From: Haliotis rufescens
Lineage: Eukaryota
DNA: 64,000 nt
Direction of reading: 5' to 3'
NCBI RefSeq assembly: GCF_023055435.1
Contig: NW_025963779.1
Location: 14,384,001 to 14,448,000 of the forward strand
The notes below the pieces were generated by a model, which saw only the letters and a list, made by a program, of their open reading frames with translations, did not search any database and had not been told where the DNA came from. Position numbers and translations under genes: made by a program. Every line of letters starts with the position of its first letter. Within the stretch, counting starts at the first letter, position 1. Positions 25,008-37,719 of the stretch are shown here, one piece after another.

Positions 25008-26288
25008 ATGGCCTCAAGTTCGCCAGTAATCTTCTCGGATACGACACATTTCGACAGCGACACGACAGCGGAGGTGACGTCATCATTAAACATCAGCGAT
25101 GAGGAGAAGAACCGTTATCTATCCCACCTTGACGACTCGATGTTTCCCTTGATGATACCAGCCGTAGTATATCTTGCCATCCTAATGGTTCTGGGTTTTT
25201 TCGGAAATATTCTTGTGTTGATCGTGTACCTCAAGAAATTCAAACCAAGCCCGACACGTGTGTTTGTGGTGTGTCTGGCTGTGTTTGACCTCATGACATG
25301 CGTCATTTCAATCCCAGGGGAGATCCTGGGCATGAGGTACAGTCACACGTTCGACTACCCAGTCGTGTGTAAAATGATACGATTCAACAACACATTCTCC
25401 GTGGTGTCCTCAGGATTCACGCTCATAGCTGTTGCTATAGACAGATACAGGAAGATATGTCGGCCTTTGAACAAACAGATCACCATCCGAGTCGCGCGCA
25501 TCATGGTAGGGATCGCTGTGTCTGTATCACTAGTCCTCACCATCCCGACAGTTATAGTCTACGGTAGGAAAACGGTCAAAACAGACAAAGAGGAAATAAC
25601 AGGCTTCGAGTGTTCCTTTGACGACGGGTGGCGCGATACTCTGTTCCCCGTGGTCTATATAGGAGTCCTATTCCTCATCTTTTTCGGTTCTCTGAGTGTC
25701 CTGGTGGTTATGTACATCCTCATTGGCAGGACTGTGTTTAATCACCGGAGATTTAAATTCCGTCCGGCAAAGGATAAGAAACATCACTCTTCGAATTACA
25801 AAACCGAGACGTCAGTTAAAGATGGAACTGAGAATGGGATCGCATTCCGTAACATATCGTCACCCACAGCTACTTGCAATGTTTCCAATTCAAACAATGG
25901 GACGCTTGGTTGTACATGTCTGAATGACACCTCAGCACAACCCAAGACGCGTAAAGAAGACAAATCCTCGAATAGTGTGAGATCCATAAGAAATAATGCT
26001 GCAAAACCAAAAGAAAAATCAAGGCCCAGAGCATTGAAAACAACGCTTATGCTGTTCATCATCACAGCGGTGTTCATTATCAGTTTCTTACCTCATCTGA
26101 TCCTGATGATAACTCGATTTATCAAATCCGACTTTCTGGACTCTTTACAAGGAGCAGGATTCATGTTGGATAATGTATTCGTACGCTCATACTTCATACA
26201 GAGTGCAGTTAACTGCATTGTGTATAGTTTCTGCAATGAAAGATTCAGAAATGAGTGGAGGAAACTACTCGTTTCTTGTTATCGTTGA
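25008..26288 (+). CDS. Class A GPCR, copy A3, 426 aa
   Basis: Intact ORF; 24-bp in-frame ICL3 deletion and 3-bp N-terminal deletion relative to A1/A2; acceptor at 24989. Confidence 0.95.
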   Translation: MASSSPVIFSDTTHFDSDTTAEVTSSLNISDEEKNRYLSHLDDSMFPLMIPAVVYLAILMVLGFFGNILVLIVYLKKFKPSPTRVFVVCLAVFDLMTCVISIPGEILGMRYSHTFDYPVVCKMIRFNNTFSVVSSGFTLIAVAIDRYRKICRPLNKQITIRVARIMVGIAVSVSLVLTIPTVIVYGRKTVKTDKEEITGFECSFDDGWRDTLFPVVYIGVLFLIFFGSLSVLVVMYILIGRTVFNHRRFKFRPAKDKKHHSSNYKTETSVKDGTENGIAFRNISSPTATCNVSNSNNGTLGCTCLNDTSAQPKTRKEDKSSNSVRSIRNNAAKPKEKSRPRALKTTLMLFIITAVFIISFLPHLILMITRFIKSDFLDSLQGAGFMLDNVFVRSYFIQSAVNCIVYSFCNERFRNEWRKLLVSCYR

Positions 26289-27742
26289 GGGAAAGCAGCT
26301 GATATGTAAGACACGGGAGGAAAGTTTGGAACATAAATAGAACACTTTGTCATGTGATGGACGCACAACAAACATGTTCAATCATCGGTTAAATGTTTTG
26401 CTGTTCATTCCATGCGTTACGGAACGATGACACTTGGATGAATAAATCGTAACAATTTGTTGATAATCACAACTTGACGGATGGCTGCCGCTATACAACG
26501 ATCAATGAAGAGAGACGTGACTTATTGTGACGTTATACATTTATGATATATGTAACAGCGTCAAGAAGCAACAAGGAGTCGACTTCAGAACCTGCAACGT
26601 TGTCTTCCCTGGACCACCTGAGACTGAGAGATTGTCTGCACTAGATGGGTCCACGACATGAACTGCTATGCCTTTTACTGAGACATCCCCATAAAGCCCT
26701 ATGCTATCTATTTAATTAATCTGTTATCACCTGCTACATCCGCAGTTGACATATTAATAACTTTTAAGGCATACAGCGGCCTGATATAATCTTCAGTAAT
26801 CTCGACTACCCACATGTGCAGTGATGCTATCGCTATATTATACATATATCTCTATATTATACATATATATATATATATGACCCTTGGTGCACTGTGTTAC
26901 ATATATCACATGTAAAATAAGCATTGCTGAAACACATAGACTACTAGTAACCAACTGTTATTCATATGCTGATATTAACACAAGTTGCAGTGGGATCGAA
27001 ACGATGACTGGAAGGATAGGTTGTTTAGATGTATGTATGTGGAAGACAGCACGGATTGTAACATTGTACCACTAATTTACCATTATAACATCGTAACACC
27101 AGTTTACCACGAATCTGATTCTAATAAATGTCATTCATCATCGTGGCAACATATCAGATTCAACTCATGTCAGAACTCAACAGATGTCACTGTATTCCAA
27201 GCATCACTTTACACATACACGTAGAAAAGGATGTTTTGCTATTTATCTCAAATAACATGTTTATCACACCGAGAAGCTGCAATAAATATTCAAAATCGAT
27301 ATCTTCAGGATCACGAATAGCACAACTACAAGTAAATTTGTAAACGGAAGGTCGAGTCTCCCACTCATTTGTCGCTCGACCTAATGTTTTTGCAACATAT
27401 CGATAGTGATGTCATCTCTATTTTATGCACGGATAAGTTGTTATGGATAAGTTGCAAACGTTTCATTCGAGTTATATACCTGCATGTCAATATTTTACTG
27501 TCTTTTGATGTTAAGGTGATCTAAATCTTGTGATTTTCAAATTGGAACATTGTTAGACATATTTCTGCTTCACAATGATATCAGGAAATAAATAAAATCT
27601 CACTCTCTTGTCTCTTGTTATCACATACGTATAAACCAACATCTGTCCATCAAAATAATACACAGACTCGAAACATTTCTCCTTTCATCGACTCTAGTTT
27701 CTATATTTGATATCAAAAGCCACCTTTGTGAGATTATATCTG

Positions 27743-27845
27743 TACGGAAGCGTAGTAGGGCACGGTGAATTGTTTTGTCAAAGTAAGTCCTACGTAGGAG
27801 ATACTTAGACAAAAAAAATCACCATGGCCCTACTACGCTTCCGTA
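27743..27845. mobile_element. IS3EU-like MITE, copy 3 (103 bp, interior collapsed)
   Basis: Both TIRs are present with a single TCCTACGTAGGA between them. Confidence 0.75.
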
Positions 27846-30800
27846 TACGTGTATTCAAAAGCATGCTAATTTCTATTAAGGTCGTCATGCCAAGAAACAA
27901 AATTTTGATTATACATGTATATTCTTACCCACAAGCAGTGTATGGACTAAACGTCCAATCTTATAACAATTTTTTAAAACTCGTTATATATGTATTAGTC
28001 TAAGTTGCTTGGCTAAAACATAAAAGGTGTCGACTGTATTTTATCCTGCAATGAAGTAACAGTTTGAGTTCCACATAATGGACTGACGTTATGGCGCTGT
28101 TCAAATTACCTCCCCAAGATCTAACGTATCCTTGGTAACATTGTTCTTTCATGACCGTGAAAGAAGATGGCGCTATAATATACTTTAACTATGTATATAG
28201 TTCAGGGCAAATCTATACTTTTTTACACCACACATGGGGAAGAGCAAACTATATTTCTAAACTAGATAGTTGGTATTGACAGTAGGTTTATACATATCAC
28301 GAACGTTTAGAACATGCAGATATATTAACAGTTTCCGTGATCCTTTAAATATAACTAAATGTAATATATTATTTTACATATTGCGGTAAGCTGTCATCTG
28401 ATATGCTGACTCCAAGTGTATGATAAACATGTTCATATTTGAGAGTTTTTCCGTCGAAACGAGTTGTTATGTCATGAATTTGGATGCAATCCGGAAAGGG
28501 TGGGGCATGGAACTTCTTCTACCTTTGCATAATGCAAATACTTGTTCTGGTTCATAACATGAAATCNNNNNNNNNNNNNNNNNNNNNNNNNNNNNNNNNN
28601 NNNNNNNNNNNNNNNNNNNNNNNNNNNNNNNNNNNNNNNNNNNNNNNNNNNNNNNNNNNNNNNNNNNNNNNNNNNNNNNNNNNNNNNNNNNNNNNNNNNN
28701 NNNNNNNNNNNNNNNNNNNNNNNNNNNNNNNNNNNNNNNNNNNNNNNNNNNNNNNNNNNNNNNNNNAGGCGTTGCGAAAGGGCGTTTAACGTCGCGTCCA
28801 AGATTATTACACTTATAAATCGTTGTGCAATAAAGGACTGATGACGATTAATACTGCTAGCCCACGGAGATAACCTGCCGCAGTTTAACGGGAACACCCA
28901 ATCAGACACAGTATACTGACTAAGTTGACGGATGTGAAGATTCATGCATGTGATTTAGCCATAACACTCGTTATTCTTCATCAGCAATACAAACCCTAGC
29001 TATATGTACGACTGTACGATATTGTGGTTAAATACACAAATCATGCTCTATTCAAATATGATGACGCTTCTTTTGATAACATGTCAAATACAGGGAACAC
29101 TTCCTGGTTGATAGAAATGTGTTCTTTTCAGTTTACACTGGAAAATATCAACATAACACAGGGAGCATTTAAGCTGGGCATACAACTGCAACGAGAAGGA
29201 GTGTCACGACGTACAGGTAAGTACGGTTCTAGAAAACGACATCTTGCGTCCATTGCATCTGAAACAATATTGTAGTGAGTGAGTGAGTGAGTGAGTGAGT
29301 TGGGTTTAACGCCGCTTTTAACAGTATTCCAGTTATATCACGGCGTGTCAGCTTAATGTGGGAGGAAAGCCCGAAGTGATGCAGGTCTCTGACATTTACC
29401 ACTATGGTGAAACCCACGAGCACGGGTTACGTCAACGTCAATACACACCGCAGGCCAATAACTGGCCAACGCGTTACAAGCCGATAGGGCAGATACTGAG
29501 ATACAACGCAACCTTCTGGCCTTGTGTGACATGACAATGAACAGTTTCCAATGCCTCAACATGTGACTATCCAGCTCCAAAAGTTCATATTTGTATCTAT
29601 GTTATGAAATTTTATATATGGACTTTATTACGTACGATTAATTTACTAAAAATCTATCTGTGCGTTTCTTTTGTTACAGAGTGTATGTGTTACAACCGTA
29701 AAAGGCGACTATGTTTGTCGTAAAAGGCGTTCTGGTGGCCAGTCTCGCTGACTTGGTTGATGCCTGTCATCGTATCCCAAATATGTGGATCGATGCTCAT
29801 GATGTCAATCACTGGACTATCTGGTCCAGACTCGATTATTTACAGACCGCCGTCATATAGCTGGAATATTGCTGAGTGCGGGGTTAAACAAACTAACAAA
29901 CAAACAAACAAACAAACAAACAAACATGTGAGTTGGTGTTAAATGGCTCACATCAACACGACTCACACTATCACTGGTGAGTCTTGGTAGATTACTGTTA
30001 TACGCTTTTGTTACAATACAAAGTTAAGATATATTCCTTTATTAGATAATTTGCAACCGTGTGGTTTTACCAACGTCCGAATCATGCCGGAAAATAACTT
30101 TCCATATATGACGAGCGTTTTGTTACGCACATACACATGTTGATATAATAGTTGGTCAGATTACATTTATTCATTTTTCCTGGAGGAAGTATTAAGTATC
30201 AATAAATAAACCAACTCATTTATGTCGTGGTAGCCCTGAATATTATTATCAGATTATTCTGAAACCTTTTAGATGCTATTAATATTCTTACTTCACAGCA
30301 TGGCTGCGCACGAGCCAAGTTAGACGCTCAAATGAATCGATGACAGGTCCCAACATATGCGATTAAAACACCCATATGTAAAATTTAGCTTCGGTTACTT
30401 TGATTGATTTGTATGTTTGATAATGTCCCGGAGTTTTAGGGTGGTAATCGCACGCGTGTATAACATTGAAGCAAAAAAGTGCATGCTTAAGACATGTTCA
30501 CGTACATGAAAATATATAACGCCAAATGACAGAATAATCAGTTTCGAATATCTGCCGAAGTAGTTTTAGTTGGATGTAAAATGCAAAATAGTGATGGACA
30601 TGGATGGATATGAATGGATAACTGAAAATCAGTAAAGACATGTATCATTAACCCAGACTTCGGATACCTGCAGAGTTTGTTTGTTTGTTTTGTTTCTTTG
30701 TTAGTTGCTTTACGCCGCACTCAGCAATATTCCAGCTATATGACGGCGGTCTGTAAATAATGGAGTCTGGACCAGACAATCCAGTGTCCTGCAAAGTAAA

Positions 30801-31490
30801 GCCAGACACTGAGCTCCAATACGATCCCTCGTATTAACAGTTTTGAGCTCCAGGTATCTGCATAGTAAAATATACTCAAACTAAACATATACAGAAAGAA
30901 CAGAAGCGGAATGATGCAACATTCATGAGAAACAAAATTATTCTTTCTTATTTTATTCATTTAATTTTTGGAACTATTATATAAAGTAAAGTTTTAAACC
31001 GTAGCTGGTTGAAAAAGTCTTGTCAAAGACAACGTTTTCGATTGATTTACCTTGTGGGATAAAGTTATGTACAAAGCATTGCGTCTTGGTGTGATTCGAG
31101 CTGATAACTTCGTTTAAGGTTATGAAAAGATATCGTGCCTTGATCAAACAAATTATTGATCGAATGTGTGAAAGGTATACACATTATAGGGGCGTTTACT
31201 TATGACACACAGTTGCCATAGTGACCGCAAGATGTTTAGTATAGTTGTTGGACGTATACCTTCCTGGAATTATTTGATTATGAGAATCCCCAAACGACGT
31301 GATCGTGTCAGAAGAACTGTAGCTTTAGTACTATATATGTTTGGTAATGCAAGGGCACTATTTCATAGACAAGTATACCTCAGATGATATCCAGATATTA
31401 TGTATTCCTTATTGTACATTTTCCTTCCTTAGAAAGGGTGAACAGAGGAAGAAATGATAATTTCTAGTATAGTTGTTGGACGTTTACCTT

Positions 31491-31587
31491 TGTGAAACGG
31501 TCGTAAAATATGTCGCTAGGACATCCTAAACAAGGTCGCAGCGATTAGGAGGTCGTAACGCTAAGAGGCTTTCTTGAAACGGCACCC
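31491..31587. mobile_element. Short insertion resembling one end of a PIF/Harbinger-type MITE, within a local duplication of about 230 bp
   Basis: Absent from the paralogous sites (ACCTT|CCTGG at about 24313 and 31258); ends ...CTTTCTTGAAACGGCACCC. Confidence 0.4.
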
Positions 31588-32324
31588 TGGAATTCTTTGA
31601 TTATGAGAATCCCAAAACGACGTGACCGTGTCAGAAGAACTGTAGCTTTAGTAATATGTGGCTTTAGTAGCTTTAGTAATATGTTTGGTAATCCAAGGGC
31701 ACTAATTTATAGACAAGTATATGCCCCAGATTATTCCCAGATATTATGCATCTTATTGTACATTTTCCTTCCTTAGAAAGGGTGAACAGAGGAAGAAATA
31801 ATTAAGATTTGTATCATATTGCGTGTCATGTTGTTTCCCCGAGGATATTACTTGTGCTTCACATGTGTTTTGGTAGTTTGTTGTTTAACACTGCACTCGG
31901 TAATAATCCAGCTATATGACGGCGGTATGTAAGTAATCGAAGCTGGACCACACAATCCAGTGATGGAGATCATGAGCATCGATCTACGTGGTCGGGATAC
32001 GATGACATGCATCAACCATGTCAGCGAGCCTGACAACCAGAACCCGTTAGTCGCATTTTACGACAAACATAGTCGCCTTTTACGACAAACATAGTCGCCT
32101 TTTACGGCAATCTTATGTTGCTGAGGACCTATTCTTCCCGTGATCTTCACAGGGGTTCACATATGCATCAGTATATGCTTATCTCATTTGGTCAGACTTC
32201 AGATCTCGTTACAAGTACCAATAGTCAGGCTCCAGAGTATCACATTTGAGGCATGTGAAAAACGAAATGTGTCACTACAAACAATCATATTTGCGTATTA
32301 TTTCAGGTGATCACCAAATCCAAT

Positions 32325-33608
32325 ATGGCCTCAAGTTCGCCGGTCATCTTCTCGGATACGACACATTTCGGTGTAGACAACACGACAGCGGAAATGACGT
32401 CATCATTAAACATCAGCGATGAGGAGAAGAACCGTTATCTATCCCACCTTGACGACACGACGTTTCCCTTGATGATACCAGCCGTGGTATATCTGGCCAT
32501 CCTAATGGTTCTGGGTTTTTTCGGAAATATTCTTGTGCTGATCGTGTACATCAAGAAATTCAAACCAAGCCCGACACGTGTGTTTGTGGTGTGTCTGGCT
32601 GTGTTTGACCTCATGACATGCGTCATTTCAATTCCAGGGGAAATCCTGGGCATGAGGTACAGTCACACGTTCGACGACCCAGCCGTGTGTAAAATGATAC
32701 GATTCAACAACACATTCTCCGTGGTGTCCTCAGGATTGACGCTCATAGCTGTTGCTATAGACAGATACAGGAAGATCTGTCGGCCTTTGAACAAACAGAT
32801 CACCATCAGAGTCGCGCGCATCATGGTAGGAATCGCTATGTCCGTATCACTAGTTCTCACCATCCCGACAGTTATAGTCTACGGTAGGAAAACGGTCAAA
32901 ACAGACAAAGAGGAAATAACAGGCTTCGAGTGTTCCTTTGACGACGGGTGGCGCGGTACTCTGTTCCCCGTGGTCTATATAGGAGTCCTATTCCTCATCT
33001 TTTTCGGTTCTCTGAGTGTCCTAGTGGTTATGTACATCCTCATTGGCAGGACTGTGTTTAATCACCGGAGATTTAAATTCCGTCCGGCAAAGGATAAGAA
33101 ACATCACTCTTCGAATTACACAACCGAGACGTCATTTAAAGATGGAACTGAGAATGGGATCGCATTACGTAAAATATCGTCACCCACAGCTACTTGCAAT
33201 GTTTCCAATTCAAACAATGGGACGCTTGATTGTACATGTCTGAATGACACCTCAGCACAACCCAAGACGCGTAAAGAAGACAAATCCTCGAATAGTGTGA
33301 GATCCATAAGAAATAATGCTGCAAAACCAAAAGAAAAATCAAGGCCCAGAGCGTTCAAGACAACGCTTATGTTGTTCATCATCACAGTGGTGTTCATCAT
33401 CAGCTTCTTACCTCATCTGATCCTGATGATAACTCGATTTATCAAATCCGACTTTCTGGACTCTTTACAAGGAGCAGGATTCATGTTGTATAATGTATTC
33501 CTACAATCATACTTCATACAGAGTGCAGTTAACTGCATTGTGTACAGTTTCTGCAATGAAAGATTCAGAAGTGAGTGGAGGAAACTACTCGTTTCTTGTT
33601 ATCGTTGA
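32325..33608 (+). CDS. Class A GPCR, copy A4, 427 aa
   Basis: Intact ORF; shares the 24-bp ICL3 deletion with A3; acceptor at 32306. Confidence 0.95.
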   Translation: MASSSPVIFSDTTHFGVDNTTAEMTSSLNISDEEKNRYLSHLDDTTFPLMIPAVVYLAILMVLGFFGNILVLIVYIKKFKPSPTRVFVVCLAVFDLMTCVISIPGEILGMRYSHTFDDPAVCKMIRFNNTFSVVSSGLTLIAVAIDRYRKICRPLNKQITIRVARIMVGIAMSVSLVLTIPTVIVYGRKTVKTDKEEITGFECSFDDGWRGTLFPVVYIGVLFLIFFGSLSVLVVMYILIGRTVFNHRRFKFRPAKDKKHHSSNYTTETSFKDGTENGIALRKISSPTATCNVSNSNNGTLDCTCLNDTSAQPKTRKEDKSSNSVRSIRNNAAKPKEKSRPRAFKTTLMLFIITVVFIISFLPHLILMITRFIKSDFLDSLQGAGFMLYNVFLQSYFIQSAVNCIVYSFCNERFRSEWRKLLVSCYR

Positions 33609-35107
33609 GGGAAAGCAGCTGATATATAAGACACGAGAGGAAACTTTGGAACATAAATAGAACACTTTGTCATGTGATGGACGCACAACAAACATGTTCA
33701 ATCATCGGTTTAATGTTTTGCTGTTCATTCCATGCGTTACGGAACGATGACACTTGGATGAATAAATCGTAACAATTTGTTGATAATCACAACTTGACGG
33801 ATGGATGCCGCCATACAACGATCAATGAAGAGAGACGTGACTTATTGTGACGTTATACATTTATGATATATGCAACAGCGTCAAGAAGCAACAAGGAGAC
33901 GACTTCAGAACCTGCAACGTTGTCTTCTCTGGACCACCTGAGACTGAGAAATTGTCTGCACTAGATGGGACAACGACAGGAACTGCTATGCCTTGTATTG
34001 ACACATCCCCATAAAGCCCTATGCTATCTAATTAATTTATCTGTTATCACCTGCTACATCCGCAGTTGACATATTAATAACTTTTAAGGCATACAGCGGC
34101 ATGATATAATCTTCAGTAATCTCGACTACCAACATGTGCAGTGATGCTATCTCTATATTATACATATATCTCTATATTATACATTTATCTCTATATTATA
34201 CATATATATATATGACCCTTGGTGCACTTTGTTACATATATCACATGTAAAATAAGCATTGCTGAAACACATGGACTACTAGTAACCAACTGTTCTTCAT
34301 ATGCTGATATTAACACAAGTTGCAGTGGGATCGAAACGATGACTGGAAGGATAGGTTGTTTAGATGTATGTATGTGGAAGACAGCACGGATTGTAAAATT
34401 GTACCACTAGTTTACCATTATAACATCGTAACATCAGTTTACCACGAATCTGATGCTAATAAATGTCATTCATTATCATGCCAACATATCAGATTCAACT
34501 CATGTCAGAACTCAACAGATGTCACTGTATTCCAAGCATCACTTTACACATACACGTAGAAAAGGATGTTTTGCTATTTAGTATCTCATATAACATGTTT
34601 ATCACACCGAGAAACCGCAATAAATATTCAAAATCGATATCTTCAGGATCACGAGTAGCACAGCTACAAGTAAATTTGTAAACGTAAGGTCGAGTCTCCC
34701 ACTCATTTGTCGTTCGACCTAATGTTTTCCAGTAACGACTTCTCGTAAATGCAACATATTGATAGTGATGTCATGTCTATTTTATGCACGGATAATTTGT
34801 TATGGATAAGTTGCAAAAGTTTCAGTCGAGTTATATACGTGCATGTCAATATTTTACTGCCTATTGATGTTAAGGTGATCTAAATCTTGTGATTTTCAAA
34901 TTGAAACATTGTTAGACATATTTCTGCTTCACAATGATATCAGGAAATAAATAAAATCTCACTCTCTTGTCTCTTGTTATCACATACATGTACGTATAAA
35001 CCAACATCTGTCCATTAAAATAATACACAGACTCGAAACGTTTCTCCTTTCATCGACTCTAGTTTCTATATTTGATATCAAAAGCCACCTTTGTGAGATT
35101 ATATCTG

Positions 35108-35503
35108 CGTTGAAGCGTATTAGGGCACGGTGATTTTTTTTGGTCAAAGTATCTCCTACGTAGGACTTATTATCTCCTACGAAGGACTTACTATCTCCTA
35201 CGTAAGACTAACTATCTCCTACGTAGAACTTAGTATGGACTAGAATAACTCTCTCCTACGTGTGAGATAGTAAGACCTATGTAGGAGATAGTAAGTCCTA
35301 GTTAGGAGATACTAAGTCATACGTAGGAGATAGTGATTCTAGGCCATACTAAGTCCTACATGTATGGGGGAGAAAGTAAGTTCTACGTAGGAGATAGTAA
35401 GTCATACGTAGGAGATAATAAGTTCTACGTAGAAGATACTAAGTTCTACGTAGGAGATACTTAGACAAAATAAATTTCACCGTGGCCCGACTACGCTTTC
35501 GTA
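35108..35503. mobile_element. IS3EU-like MITE, copy 4 (about 396 bp)
   Basis: Degenerate TIRs, TATCTG flanks, CCTACGTAGG repeats. Confidence 0.7.
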
Positions 35504-36301
35504 TATCTGTGTATTCAAAAGCATACTTAGTACTATTAAGGTCGTCATGCCAAGAAACAAAATGTTGATTATACATGTATATTCTTACCCACAAGCAGTG
35601 TATGGACTAAACGTCCAATCTTATAACAATTTTTTAAAACTCATAATAAATGTATTAGTCTAAGATGCTTTGCTAAAAGATAAAAGGTGTCGACTGTATT
35701 TTATCCTGCAATGAAGTAACAGTTTGAGTTCCACATAATGGACTGACGTTATGGCGCTGTTCAAACAACCTCCCCATGATCTAACGTATCCTTGGTAACA
35801 TTGTTCTTTCATAACCGTCAAGGAAGATGGCGCTATAATATACTTTACCTACATATATAGTTCAGGGCAAATCTATACTTTATTACACCACACATGGGGA
35901 AGAGCAAACTATATTTCTAAACTAGTTGGTATTGACAGTAGGTTTATACCTATCACCAACGTTTAGAACATGCAGATATATTAACAGTTTGCGTGATCCT
36001 TTAAATATAACTAAATGTAATATATTATTTTACATATTGCGGTATGCTGTCATCTGATATGACTCCAAGTGTATGAAACGTGTTGTTATGTCATGAATTT
36101 GGATGCAATCTGGAAAAAGATGGGGCATGGGTCTTCTTCTACCTTTGCATAATGCGAATACTTGTTCTGGTTCATAACATGAAATCGTGTGGTGGGCGTA
36201 GAGTGGCCATTTTATTATTACAAGATTAAACTCTAGATACAATGTACCATGTCTAATTTCATCGATGTATGTACATGGTACCCCCTAGCTCTAATATCGG
36301 A

Positions 36302-36463
36302 GGGGCGGTCGGGTAGCCTAGTGGTTAAAGCGTTCGCTCGTCACGCCGAAGACCCGGGTTCGATTCCCGACATGGGTACAATGTGTGAAGCCCATTTCTG
36401 GTGTCCCCCGCCGTTTTGCTGGAATATTGCTAAAAGTGGCGTAAAACCAAACTCACTCACTGA
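36302..36463 (+). mobile_element. tRNA-derived SINE family D, recent copy-specific insertion
   Basis: Perfect 13-bp TSD CTCTAATATCGGA (36289-36301, 36464-36476); empty sites in the paralogous units (about 16218, 38878, 44276). Confidence 0.95.
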
Positions 36464-37442
36464 CTCTAATATCGGACCGTTATTGTGACGGTGTCTACTA
36501 GAAACGTTTTGGAGATCTTTGCATCCCCTACCCCTCCTCACAGAAACATTGGATGTTAGGCTACTTAAATATACCAACACTGACAGCAAACTAGATTTCA
36601 CTCCCTACATGCGATCGATTTGACCAGAAGCATGGATGTGATGTGATNNNNNNNNNNNNNNNNNNNNNNNNNNNNNNNNNNNNNNNNNNNNNNNNNNNNN
36701 NNNNNNNNNNNNNNNNNNNNNNNNNNNNNNNNNNNNNNNNNNNNNNNNNNNNNNNNNNNNNNNNNNNNNNNNNNNNNNNNNNNNNNNNNNNNNNNNNNNN
36801 NNNNNNNNNNNNNNNNNNNNNNNNNNNNNNNNNNNNNNNNNNNNNNNNNNNNNNNNNNNNNNNNNNNNNNNNNNNNNNNNNNNNNNNNNNNNNNNNNNNG
36901 CGAGGCGAGGTGAGGAGGGGTGAAATCGGGTTTAACGTCGCGTCCAAGATTATTACACTTAAAAAGTGTCGTGCAGTCACGGACTGATGACGATTAATAC
37001 TGCTAGCCCACGGAGATAACATGCCGCAGTTAAACACAGTATACTGACTCCAAGTTGACGGATGTGAAGATTCATGCATGTGATTTAGCCGTTAATAACA
37101 CTCGTTATTCTTCATCAGCAATACAAACTCTAGCTATATGTACGACTCAGCATGCTTGAAACCCAGCTGAACCACGTTAAATACAGATATTTGGGTTAAA
37201 TACACAAATCTTATTCTATTCCAATATGATGACGCATCTTTTTATGACATGTCAAATACAGGGAACACTTCCTGGTTGATAGAAATGCGTTCTTTTCAGT
37301 TTACACTGGAAAATATCAACATAACACAGGGAGCATTTAAGCTGGGCATACAACTGCAAGGAGAAGGAGTGTCACGACGTAGAGGTAAGTACGGTTCTAG
37401 AAAACGACATCTTGCGTCCATTGCATCTGAAACAATATTGTA

Positions 37443-37719
37443 GTGAGTGAGTTCGGTTTAAAGCCGCTTTTAAAAGCGTTCAAGTTATATCGCGGCGTGT
37501 CAGCTTAATGTGGGAGGAAAGCCCGAAGTGATGCAGGTCTCAGACGATGACGACTTCGGTGAAACTCACGAGCACGGGTATGGTGCTAACAAACCTAGAA
37601 ACATAATCGTGGCGAACCAGTATTCGAACCCACAATCATAGGTTTCTGGCGAGCCCAAGGGACGCAGCTCTGCGTCAGCGAATTGCGGCGCCTTAGACGA
37701 CTGGGCCAACCGTACCCCC
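37443..37719 (-). mobile_element. Family B SINE, complete (duplicate of 45142-45418)
   Basis: TSD GAAACAATATTGTA / GAAACAATGTTATA. Confidence 0.9.

Noticed and set aside
36302-36375. tRNA genes (also 1-73, 57115-57212, 60818-60905)
   Set aside because: No proper acceptor stem; most continue into SINE bodies with TSDs.
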